A stretch of 64,000 nucleotides of DNA from Candidatus Poribacteria bacterium. Its GTDB lineage: Bacteria; Poribacteria; WGA-4E; WGA-3G. The notes below the pieces were generated by a model that ran no database searches, had not been told where the DNA came from, and was given only the letters and a program-made list of their open reading frames with translations. A program made the translations under genes and the position numbers. Numbering within the stretch: position 1 is the stretch's first letter; each line of letters starts with the position of its first letter. The stretch covers positions 4,064,001-4,128,000 of the forward strand of contig CBDANF010000003.1 in NCBI GenBank assembly GCA_965197475.1. The letters are read 5' to 3'. Below are positions 40,413-50,600 of the stretch, piece after piece.

Positions 40413-43400
40413 TTATTCCTCAACCGTTTCAGAAACCGTTTCAGATTCAGAAATCGGTTCGGGCAGTGCTTCCGGTTCCGGATTGGCAATTGCGTCACGG
40501 GACACTTCAAGTTCGTGCCACTCAGAGAAACCGGTACCTGCGGGGATGAGGCGTCCAAGAATCACGTTCTCCTTTAGACCTATAAGCATGTCTGTTTGCC
40601 CTTCAACAGCGGCATCAGTGAGAACTTTCGGGGTCTGCTGGAAACTAGCTGCAGAGATGAAACTATCGGTGCTGAGCGATGCTTTGCTGATACTCTGCAA
40701 GACGGGTTCACCTGTTGCTGGGGTACCGCCTTCTTGCGCAACGCGCCTGTTTTCGACGTGGAACCTATGTCGGGTGACTTCATCATTCGCGTAGAACGCA
40801 GTGTCACCAACAGATAGAATGCGTATCTTTTGAAGCATTTGCCGTACAATAACCTCAACATGCTTGTCGTTGATCGTGTTGGTCCCATAGACCGCCTGGA
40901 CCTCATCAACGAGGTATGTCCAAAGTGCTTCTTCACCTTCAAGGGAATGCCCATTAAGGGTAGTCCTCCCGATAGCGAGGATATCGTGTGGATTTAGGTA
41001 TCCATCGGTTAAAGGTTGCCCTGCTTTGACCCAATCGCCATCATCAACGCGGCGTTTCTCATCGGGAATAGAATATAGACGACTTTTGGTAGCACCATCT
41101 ACGATTCGGTATTGGGGCACCCCAGCCTTCTGCCCAGTGAGTTGCACGTACCCACCAATTTCAGCAATTTCAGCAGCGTCTTCGCGCTTGGGGCGACGTG
41201 CTTCAAAGAGTTCTGTCACACGCGGGATACCTACCACGATATCAAGGTTCGTGGTTTTTTCGTGCAATTCCGCTAACGGATGCTGTGCGGTCACTTTCTG
41301 TCCGTCTTTGACAGAGACAGAGTATCCTGCGGGAATAAGGTGCGACACGCGCCCACCACCGGGGATGTCAATGTCAATACGGAAAGTTTCGATTAGACCA
41401 TCAACATCAACGCCAGTATATTGTTCAAGTGCAGTGGCGTACTCCCAATCTTTCAGCTCTTGACCAACAGAAAGTGTGCAGTTCGGATGCGTTACCTTTG
41501 TCACTTGATAGGTATTCTTTGAAGTGGCTGCCGATTCTTTTTTATAGTCCGCATCACTGAGGATGATACCTACAGTAACCTCAGTTTCGGTTGAGTTGAC
41601 ATTCGTCACCTTATATACACGTTCAGTATCAAAGCCTTTGTAGAGCCGTTGTGCACGTTTATACTCAGTTTCGTCAATCTGCTGTCCAGCAGTGAACGGA
41701 CAATCGGCATGATGAACTGCAAGGACATGATACATCAGTTTTACGTCAGGTAGCGGTGTATCGGTCTCCCGGTGCTGTTTAACGAGTACCTTGTAGTCCG
41801 TTTCTGCCATAACTTCTTCAGTTTCAGCACCTTCAGGAACGTGTAGGTAAAGTTTCTCGAAGTCAAACCCTTTAAAGTTACGCCGTAAACGATTCGACTC
41901 AGATTGTGTGATGAGTTCATCTACAGCAATAGGGAAGTCGGGATGGTGTGAGGCTGCGATACGATAGAGGCGTTCAACATTAAATGCCCCTTCATTTTTA
42001 GCGACATTAACCTCAAATCCTGGATATACCTTCAACACCGCTTTTTTCTCATTTTCGGTGAGCAGGGTTTCTTCGGGTTCTAACTTACAATCGGGATGGT
42101 GAACAGCAGTTATCCGGTATTTGAGCCGTTCTGCAGTAACGCCACTGAATTTCTCTCGAAGTGCCTCTAAGTTTTCGATTTCAATGAGTTCTCCAGGCTT
42201 TAGCGGACACTCTGGGTGCCTTACCTGTATGACGCGACACACAGGCGTTGATGGGCGTTGCACATCAAATGCTTTATGCATCTCTTGTGCGCGGCGGAAT
42301 TCTGTAGCAGTCAATTCTTGCTTCTCAGTTAAGTCAATACCATCACTGACTTCTGTTACGGTATACACTGGGTCACCGAGCTCCAGATGATATTGGCTCT
42401 CTTCTTCCGGTGTGAGTAGTTTTCCTTCCTTATATGGGCAGCGCGCGGGCGTTACTGTCTGAATTTGATACTTCATCTTCGCAGTAACACTGTTCTGCCG
42501 TCGGAGATATTCACCTTCGGTGAGAATAGCACCTTTTTCCGTTTGATACACCCATTCACCATCAAACGGTCGGATTTCTGTACGCCATGCTTCAGCCTCA
42601 CTTTCCGTCAACAGTGTTCCTTCCTTCAACGAAGTTTCCGGATGTTTTACACTTTCCACACGATAATGTGGTTCAGAGCATCGGAACAACGAATACTGTT
42701 GGGAGTACTTGACGTACTCATGCTCAGTGAGATACTGCCTCTCTTGCAACGGAGAGCCTTCTCCAGCGTTCGCCTCAATAACATCCATGCGGTTAATTTT
42801 GGCAACTTCGTAGGTGATCAGTTCCACCTCAAAACCAGGATAACGTTCAAGATTCTCTTGATACTGTTTTTCAGTAAGAAGTTCTTCGGGTTGCAGCTTA
42901 CATTCAGGATGTTGGACGGTTTTGACCTTATATTTAGGTTGGTCAAGGTGTTCAGCAATCTGTTGTGCAATCCAGAGTCCGTCTTTTTCATGGACGGTGC
43001 GTGTGGGAATGAAATCACGAAACCGCACGGTCCCTGCAGCTTTGGCAAGAATCTTACGCGCGAGGTGTTCACTCATATCTTCAACCGCACCGCCAGTATG
43101 GAAGGTACGCATCGTCAATTGGGTGCCGGGTTCGCCAATGGACTGCGCTGCGATAATACCGATAGCTTCTCCAACATTCGCGAGGTGTCCTGATGTCAAA
43201 TCAGCACCGTAGCACGCAGCGCAGGTGCCTTTCTCCGCCTCACAAGTCAACACAGAGCGAACTCGAACGCTGGAAACGTCTTCCTCTTCAATTTTATCAG
43301 CGTCTTGGGGGGTAAGAAGTGTTCCTTCGTCAATCCTCCACAAACGCTCAGATTCTAATCCCTTCCACACCTTGTTTTGGATTTTCCACTCTTCTGGAGT

Positions 43401-46400
43401 GAGCTCTTCATCTATCTTCGGAGATTCATAGTCATTACGCGCTTTCTGATATTCAGCATCGGAAATGATATCACCAACCTTCAACGAACATTCTGAATTG
43501 TTGACTTCAGTGATCTTCCAGAAGGAATCAGCTTTTAGACCTTTCCATCTGTCACTGTGGGTTTTCCACTCTTTTGGAGTGAGTTGGTCACCTACCTTCA
43601 CAGGACATTGTTCACTTTTTAATCCTTTCCATTTGTCACTGTGGGTTTTCCACTCTTTTGGAGTGAGTTGGTCACCTACCTTCACAGGACATTGATAATC
43701 CTTAAGTGCCTTCTGATACTCAGCATCGGAAATGAGATCGTCCTTCTTATGCGGACACTCTGAATGAATGACTTTGGTGATCTTCCAGAAGAGATCAGCG
43801 TTTAGCCCCTTCCACGTCTCACTGTGGGTTTTCCACTCTTTTGGAGTGAGTTGGTCACCTACCTTCACAGGACATTGATAATCCTTAAGTGCCTTCTGAT
43901 ACTCAGCATCAGATATAACCTCTTTTTTCTTCAACGTACACTCAAGATTGTTGACTTCAGTGATACACCAAAAGTGCTCGGCTTCAAGCCCCTTCCACGC
44001 CTTGCTATACTTCCTCCATTCTTTCGGAGTGAGTTCGGCACCTACCTTTAGCGAATATTTTTCAAGGATTTGATCACATTCACCTTCAGTTATCAGTTCA
44101 CTGACCTTGCGTAGACACTCTGGATTGTTGACCTCGGTGATTTCCAAGGATACATCGGGGCGAATACTAGGATACTTTTCGTAAAATTTTTCCCAATCTG
44201 CTTCGGTTTGACTCCCACCCTTACTAGTAGATATGGATTTTTTAGCATCTTCCACAGCGGCTAAGAGTTTCTCTTTAACCTCATCAGAGTTTTCACCAGG
44301 CCAATCTTCTCCTGATATATGTAATATTTTCCATCCTAATTCTTCAAGTTCTTGCTGCTTTTTGCTATCTTTCACTTTTCTCTCATGTTCATCGTGGTCA
44401 GGACCGTCACATTCTATACCGATCCAGTACTCACCTTGTTTGTCAGCATTTACAGCGATGTCAATTAGGCGGTAATCATTAGGCCCATCTGGAGTATCAA
44501 TTTTAACCTGAGAAGTAACTTCATATCCACTGTCTGAAAGGAACTGATAGACTTCCTTCTCAAAAGACGAATGAAAATGAGAAAGTTCCGTAAAAGGCAC
44601 CTTTTTCGCAGCAATAGGATCAGAGAGTGCAGTCACCTTGTAGTGCTCATCCTCCCCTTTGATGGGATAATCTGGTATTTCGGTCACCTTGTAGTGGTCC
44701 ATTTGACCTATAATACCATCAACACCATCGGGTACCTTAGTTACCTTTATAATGGTATCGGGGACTTCGGTAACTTTGTAATGATCTTCTTGACCTATGA
44801 TTCCATCAGATACTTCGGTCACCACGTACACAACACGCCCCTGAATATTGGGCACTGTGTTTGCATCGTAGTGTTCAATAGAAAACTTGATAGGATCCAC
44901 AATAACACGCCCACTAATTTTGAATCCTATGGATCCTGCATCTGTGGTGAACTTAAGGACACCGTGCGTTGTGCCGCAGTCATCTTCGGAAATCATAACA
45001 TCTTGCGCGACATCAACCAATTTCCGTGTGAGATATCCAGAGGCCGCAGTTTTCATCGCGGTATCTACCAATCCTTTACGTGAACCGTAGGTTGACGTAA
45101 AGTAGTCAAGCACATCCAAACCTTCCCGATAGGAAGATTGAATCGGCGTGGGCAAAATTTCACCGCTCTGCCTTGACTTCAATCCAACGATCGCGCTGAT
45201 TTGCCTGAAAGGATTTGGACGTGCACGTGCGCCACTATCTGCCATTATATAGACAGGACTAAAACCTTCTACTTCTTTATCTTGTTCAACCAAATAGGTT
45301 TTAGTTTCTGGAAGAGCGGTGAACAGTGCCTTCTCAATTTTTGTGACAGCGTCATACCATATCCGAATCTTCTCGTTCTCTAATTCCTCCGCCTCAAGAT
45401 TTTCCTGCTCATTGAGACGTTCAATTTGTTTACTTGCTTTAGCAAGGATGTCGGTTTTGTCAAGGGGAATCAGGTAGTCCTGTATCCCGGGAGAGATTCC
45501 GCTGCGAGTTGCGTACTCAAAGCTAAGCTTCTGTAACCGATCTAACAAGGATACAGTTTCTGCGGTTCCAAGTTCGTTGAAACAACGTTTAACAAGGTGT
45601 GACAAACGCTTGCCACGTGCTTCCTCATTGAAAAACGGCAATTCAAGTCCTGTTATCTCATCTTTCCAAGCGAGTGAGGCGGTACCGTTCATCCGTGGAA
45701 GCACCTCATTGAAAATAATACGTCCGACGGTCGTAAGGATAGGTTCGCGATGTTCTTTGAAAAAGAGTAGAACCGAATCATGCAGTTTTAGCGTGCCACA
45801 ACCTTGTGCGTGTGTCACCTCATCCACAGATGTAAAGCGGCGTTTTGCCCACGGTTCACTTTCTAATGTCGCAAATATGCTGTCTTTTTCTACGGATTCC
45901 GATTTTTCTGTGTATGCAGCGTGGAGTAGTTCTGCCCGTTCTTGATGTTCTGGTAGTACCTTTGTAAGAAAACTCGCGCCTAAAATCATATCAAGTTCCG
46001 GCACCGTAATCGGTTCCCCGTGAGAAGGCTTAAGAATATTACCACTACTGAGCAGTAACATTTTAGCTTCTGTGCGCGCTTCAATAGACAAAGGAACATG
46101 AACTGCCATCTGGTCACCATCAAAATCAGCATTGAACGCCTTACAGACGAGCGGTGGAATCCGAATCGATTTACCCTCAACGAGTACCGGCATAAACGCC
46201 TGAATCCCGAGTCGATGGAGCGTCGGTGGACGATTTAATAACACCGGGTGGTCAGCGATAACTTCCTCTAATGCTTCCCAGACAGGTGAGTCCGGTGTAA
46301 CGTGTTCGGTTAGGTGCTTCCCACGTTTGATAGTCTGTACTTCTCCAGATGCCAAAAGTTTTTCAATAATGAATGGCTTGAACAGTTCAACAGCCATTAA

Positions 46401-47561
46401 TTTGGGTAACCCACACTGATGAAGTTCCAATTCGGGACCGACAACAATCACACTTCTGCCGGAATAGTCAACACGTTTTCCAAGAAGGTTTTGCCGGAAA
46501 CGCCCGACTTTACCTTTGAGGATATCGGACAAGGATTTGAGCGCGCGTTTGCCAGGTCCAGTAACGCGGCGTCCGTGTCTGCCGTTATCCAAAAAAGCAT
46601 CAACGGATTCCTGAAGCATCCGTTTTTCATTTCGAAGGATGACTTCCGGTGAACGGAGGTCAATAAGCTTTTGCAGACGGTTGTTTCGGTTAATGACGCG
46701 ACGATACAGATCGTTGAGGTCGCTTGTTGCAAATCTACCACCTTCCAGAGAGACTAACGGGCGGAGGTCAGGGCTAATCACAGGCAGCACATCAAGAATC
46801 ATCCAATCAGGATGCATGTCTGCCTTATCAAACCCTGCTACCATCTTGAGCTGTTTTGAAAGTTTAACTTTTTTCTGGTGGCTTGAAGTTTCCTCAAGTT
46901 CCTGCTTGAATTTTTCGACATCTTCAGGCAGATCAATTTTGCGCAGCAGTTCCTGAATTGCCTCAGCACCCGTTCCTGCTCGGAAGGAGTCTGGATGCTC
47001 GCGCAGTTTAGCGTTCACGTCCGTCTCTGTGAGAATATCTTTTTCCGCCACCCCACAACTGTCATCAATGACTTCTGTGACAATGAACGCTTCAAAATAG
47101 AGAACCCGCTCAACTTGGCGGGATGCGAGTTCGAGAAATGTTCCAAGCCTCGACGGGATTCCCTTGAAAAACCATATATGGGAGACTGGCGTGGCGAGTT
47201 TGATATAACCGAGTCGTTCTCGTCGTACTTGTGATTTTGTTACTTCAACTCCACACTGGTCACAGATAAGACCTTTGTGCTTAATCCGCTTGTACTTACC
47301 GCAACTGCACTCAAAATCCTTCTGCGGTCCAAACGTGGCTTCACAAAATAAACCTTGATGTTCAGGGCGAAAACTGCGGTAGTTAATCGTTTCTGCCTTT
47401 TTGATTTCACCGCAATCACAAGTGCCTTTCTCGGGACACGTCCATGCATCATTCGCTGGATTCCGCCGCTTACAAGATGTCCGTTTTGCCCAATCTTTTA
47501 TCTGATCAGGCGATGCGATACTGATAGAGATACGATTAAATCGATTTTCTTTGTCTGCCAT
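40413..47561 (-). CDS. rpoC: RNA polymerase beta' subunit with two very large insertions (2382 aa)
   Basis: GLFCEATFGP, CSCGKY, NADFDGDQM, SGYLTRKLVDV, GEPGTQLTMRTFH and GLKENVILGRLIPAGTG. Confidence 0.97.
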   Translation of the reverse strand: MADKENRFNRISISIASPDQIKDWAKRTSCKRRNPANDAWTCPEKGTCDCGEIKKAETINYRSFRPEHQGLFCEATFGPQKDFECSCGKYKRIKHKGLICDQCGVEVTKSQVRRERLGYIKLATPVSHIWFFKGIPSRLGTFLELASRQVERVLYFEAFIVTEVIDDSCGVAEKDILTETDVNAKLREHPDSFRAGTGAEAIQELLRKIDLPEDVEKFKQELEETSSHQKKVKLSKQLKMVAGFDKADMHPDWMILDVLPVISPDLRPLVSLEGGRFATSDLNDLYRRVINRNNRLQKLIDLRSPEVILRNEKRMLQESVDAFLDNGRHGRRVTGPGKRALKSLSDILKGKVGRFRQNLLGKRVDYSGRSVIVVGPELELHQCGLPKLMAVELFKPFIIEKLLASGEVQTIKRGKHLTEHVTPDSPVWEALEEVIADHPVLLNRPPTLHRLGIQAFMPVLVEGKSIRIPPLVCKAFNADFDGDQMAVHVPLSIEARTEAKMLLLSSGNILKPSHGEPITVPELDMILGASFLTKVLPEHQERAELLHAAYTEKSESVEKDSIFATLESEPWAKRRFTSVDEVTHAQGCGTLKLHDSVLLFFKEHREPILTTVGRIIFNEVLPRMNGTASLAWKDEITGLELPFFNEEARGKRLSHLVKRCFNELGTAETVSLLDRLQKLSFEYATRSGISPGIQDYLIPLDKTDILAKASKQIERLNEQENLEAEELENEKIRIWYDAVTKIEKALFTALPETKTYLVEQDKEVEGFSPVYIMADSGARARPNPFRQISAIVGLKSRQSGEILPTPIQSSYREGLDVLDYFTSTYGSRKGLVDTAMKTAASGYLTRKLVDVAQDVMISEDDCGTTHGVLKFTTDAGSIGFKISGRVIVDPIKFSIEHYDANTVPNIQGRVVYVVTEVSDGIIGQEDHYKVTEVPDTIIKVTKVPDGVDGIIGQMDHYKVTEIPDYPIKGEDEHYKVTALSDPIAAKKVPFTELSHFHSSFEKEVYQFLSDSGYEVTSQVKIDTPDGPNDYRLIDIAVNADKQGEYWIGIECDGPDHDEHERKVKDSKKQQELEELGWKILHISGEDWPGENSDEVKEKLLAAVEDAKKSISTSKGGSQTEADWEKFYEKYPSIRPDVSLEITEVNNPECLRKVSELITEGECDQILEKYSLKVGAELTPKEWRKYSKAWKGLEAEHFWCITEVNNLECTLKKKEVISDAEYQKALKDYQCPVKVGDQLTPKEWKTHSETWKGLNADLFWKITKVIHSECPHKKDDLISDAEYQKALKDYQCPVKVGDQLTPKEWKTHSDKWKGLKSEQCPVKVGDQLTPKEWKTHSDRWKGLKADSFWKITEVNNSECSLKVGDIISDAEYQKARNDYESPKIDEELTPEEWKIQNKVWKGLESERLWRIDEGTLLTPQDADKIEEEDVSSVRVRSVLTCEAEKGTCAACYGADLTSGHLANVGEAIGIIAAQSIGEPGTQLTMRTFHTGGAVEDMSEHLARKILAKAAGTVRFRDFIPTRTVHEKDGLWIAQQIAEHLDQPKYKVKTVQHPECKLQPEELLTEKQYQENLERYPGFEVELITYEVAKINRMDVIEANAGEGSPLQERQYLTEHEYVKYSQQYSLFRCSEPHYRVESVKHPETSLKEGTLLTESEAEAWRTEIRPFDGEWVYQTEKGAILTEGEYLRRQNSVTAKMKYQIQTVTPARCPYKEGKLLTPEEESQYHLELGDPVYTVTEVSDGIDLTEKQELTATEFRRAQEMHKAFDVQRPSTPVCRVIQVRHPECPLKPGELIEIENLEALREKFSGVTAERLKYRITAVHHPDCKLEPEETLLTENEKKAVLKVYPGFEVNVAKNEGAFNVERLYRIAASHHPDFPIAVDELITQSESNRLRRNFKGFDFEKLYLHVPEGAETEEVMAETDYKVLVKQHRETDTPLPDVKLMYHVLAVHHADCPFTAGQQIDETEYKRAQRLYKGFDTERVYKVTNVNSTETEVTVGIILSDADYKKESAATSKNTYQVTKVTHPNCTLSVGQELKDWEYATALEQYTGVDVDGLIETFRIDIDIPGGGRVSHLIPAGYSVSVKDGQKVTAQHPLAELHEKTTNLDIVVGIPRVTELFEARRPKREDAAEIAEIGGYVQLTGQKAGVPQYRIVDGATKSRLYSIPDEKRRVDDGDWVKAGQPLTDGYLNPHDILAIGRTTLNGHSLEGEEALWTYLVDEVQAVYGTNTINDKHVEVIVRQMLQKIRILSVGDTAFYANDEVTRHRFHVENRRVAQEGGTPATGEPVLQSISKASLSTDSFISAASFQQTPKVLTDAAVEGQTDMLIGLKENVILGRLIPAGTGFSEWHELEVSRDAIANPEPEALPEPISESETVSETVEE
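43552..43910 (-). repeat. Intragenic tandem repeats in rpoC insertion 1
   Basis: Identical 59-nt block at 43552-43610, 43636-43694 and 43819-43877; encodes QCPVKVGDQLTPKEWKTHS. Confidence 0.9.
44240..44580 (-). other. DUF559/Vsr-like PD-(D/E)xK nuclease-fold domain embedded in RpoC
   Basis: SSFEKEV...YEVTSQV...YRLIDIAV...IGIECDGPDH...KD...LEELGWKILHISGEDW. Confidence 0.8.
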
Positions 47562-47683
47562 TCTTTTGCTCCTTTAATGGGTGTAGGGAATGGTTTTCGA
47601 CTTTTAGCCATCGGCTCTCGGTATAGAGATGTATAATGTGTGTGAACCCTTTTTCCGATAGCCGATAGCCCTTTAGCCTTAAA

Positions 47684-50600
47684 CTATTCGGTATCGTCGG
47701 TGTTCCATGCCAGTTTTAGGGGTGGTTCCTCATCTATGGGTTCCGTTGTATCCAACGTGTGTAAGAGTGGAAAGCCAACATCATGGAAGGCTGTCTGATC
47801 TAAGTCGGCATCCGCGGGGTCGCCTTCAGATAACTCAACATTTAAGCCGAGGCTCTGCAGTTCTCTCACCAACACGTTGAAAGATTCAGGGGTGCCAGGT
47901 TTCATGGGACTTTGACCTTTCACAATAGACTCATAGATTTTAGTCCTACCTTTCACATCGTCCGATTTGATAGTCAACATCTCTTGCAGTGTGTGTGCTG
48001 CACCATAAGCTTCCAATGCCCATACTTCCATCTCACCGAGTCGTTGGCCGCCATGTTGTGCTTTACCGCCAAGCGGTTGCTGCGTTACCAAGGAGTAAGG
48101 ACCTGTTGAACGCGCATGCATCTTATCTGCAACGAGGTGATTCAATTTGAGGAAATAGACATAACCGACTGTCACCTCTTGTCCGAACGGTTCTCCGGTC
48201 CGTCCGTCATAAAGAACACTTTTGCCGGTCTGTTTAACGTTTTTGGGTAAATCCGTTTTCGCCAATATGTCAAACACCTCTTCTTCCGTAGCACCGTCAA
48301 ATACGGGTGAGGAAATGTGCAAACCGAGTTCCTTGCATGCCAAGCCTAAATGTATCTCAAGGATTTGCCCGACATTCATCCGAGAAGGCACACCGAGTGG
48401 ATTTAATACAATATCAACAGGGGTGCCATCCGGTAGGTATGGCATATCTTCTTCAGGTAAAATCTTAGCGACAACACCTTTGTTTCCGTAGCGTCCCGCC
48501 ATTTTATCGCCGACGGAGATAGGACGGCGGCTTGCCACATAAACTTTGACAAGTTTCAAAACGCCCGGTTTCAATTCTTCACCTGCAGCAAGTTTCTCTA
48601 ACGCCGCATTTTTTTCCTCTGTGTAGGCATTCATGCGGCCGGTAGCAAGTTCTTGAAGACTTTTGATATAAGATGTTGCATCTGTATCTGTAATCTGAAG
48701 GGCTTCAAGCTTGCTTTGCGACAGTGTATCCAGATATTCACGCGTCACCACGTCACCTGCTTGCAGCTGCTGTGGTGATTCAGCATTTTCTCCATCTTCA
48801 GTCTCATTATCATTTTCGAAAGTTGTTGGATACGCAAGCTCTTTGTTAATCAAAGTCTCGCGCAATTCTTCCGTCAGACGTTCAGAAACTTGTTTACACT
48901 GTTCTTTCCACGTTTGCTCAACTTGTTTGCGGAGTGCCTCTTGTCGCCATGCGGTTTGCTCGCTATTCGAGGTAGTTTGGCGAGAGAATACTTTTACATC
49001 AATGACAACCCCTTCTACACCAGGACGGGTATAAGCAGAAGCATCCTTGACTTCCTTGACTTTTTCACCGAAAATCGCGCGTAGCAGTTTCTCTTCCGGA
49101 CCATATTCACTTTCCCCTTTCGGTGAAATTTTTCCAACCAGAATACTACCGGTTCCCACAACACTTCCAACCCGAATAATGCCCTCGTCATCAAGTTGTG
49201 CCAAACTGCGGGAGGACATGTTTGGAATATCACGGGTGATCTCTTCGTCCCCCATCTTTGTCTGCCTCGCCGTGACTTCGAATTCCTCAATATGGATAGA
49301 GGTAAATGTGTCGTTCTTGATAAGCGAGTCACTGATGAGGATGGAGTCCTCAAAGTTATGACCTCCCCACGGCATATAGGCGCAGAGTACGTTTCTACCG
49401 AGAGCGAGTTCACCGCCTTCAGTAGCGGTGCCATCGGCAATGACATCACCAGCTTCAACAACATCTCCGATATTCACGCGTGGCCGCTGATGGATACAGG
49501 TCCCACTGTTGCTCCGTTTGAAGTTTTTCAGTTTGTAGACATCGTAACCCATCTCACTGAAAGCATGCTCACCTTCCTCAACATGAAGTGCTTGTCCAGT
49601 GCGAATCAGGATCTCCTCCGCATCAAGGCTTGAAACGACACCACCTCGGTGCGCGATGATCATGGCATTGGCATCCCGTGCAGCGCGGTGCTCCATACCA
49701 GTGCCTACCCACGGTGCTTCTGGACAGATTAGCGGAACTGCTTGACGTTGGTGGTTAGCACCCATGAGGGCACGGTTAGCATCTTCATGCTCTAAAAAAG
49801 GCACAAGTGCAGCGGAAACACCGACAATCTGTTGCGGAGCAATACCGATGTAGTCAATGTCAGCAAGACTGCGCTCAATCACCTCTTCACCTTTGCGGGT
49901 ACGAAGGGTTTTTGACTTGTTACGGGAAGATATAGCATCTGCAGGAGCAATGTGATATTTGTCCTCTGCATCTGCTGTGAGATATTTTACATCTTTGGTG
50001 ATTTTACCGTTACGGACCACACGGTAAGGTGTTTCTAAAAATCCGTACGGATTAACACGTGCAAACGTCGCCAAGGAAACGATAAGACCGATAGAGGGAC
50101 CTTCAGGCGTTTCTAAGGGACAGACACGTCCATAATGCGTACGATGCACGTCTCTCACCGCTGCAGTGGCACGGTCACGATGCAGACCGCCGGGACCAAT
50201 TGCCGAGATACGCCGTTTATGAGTAAGTTCATCCAACGGGTTAATCTGTTGCATGAACTGGGAGAGTTGGTTAGACCCGAAAAACTCTCGAAGTGCCATC
50301 ATGAGTGGCTTTGGATTCACCAAATTCTTAGGGTTTTTCAGCTGGGCATCGCTAGTAGTGCTAAGTTTTTCCCGTGTTGCTCTACGCATCTGCAGCAGTG
50401 CAATACGGAATTGATTCTCAAGAAGTTCTCCGATTACCCGTACCCGTCGATTCCCGAGATGGTCTAAATCATCTACCGTTCTGTGCCCGTTTCGGATGTG
50501 CATCAGATGTTGCAAGGTAGCGGCAATATCTTCTTTCCGCAGCACCCGCATATCTTCTGATGGCATATCACTAGATTCATCAAGATAGACAGATAGATCA

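Noticed and set aside
43552-43910. CRISPR array
   Set aside because: Repeats are 59 nt or longer, irregularly spaced in multiples of 3, protein-coding, and no cas genes are present
43335-44885. Intein or group I intron in rpoC
   Set aside because: No Cys/Ser N-terminal block or His-Asn + Cys/Ser/Thr junction seen; the frame is open throughout and the insert shares repeat modules with insertion 2
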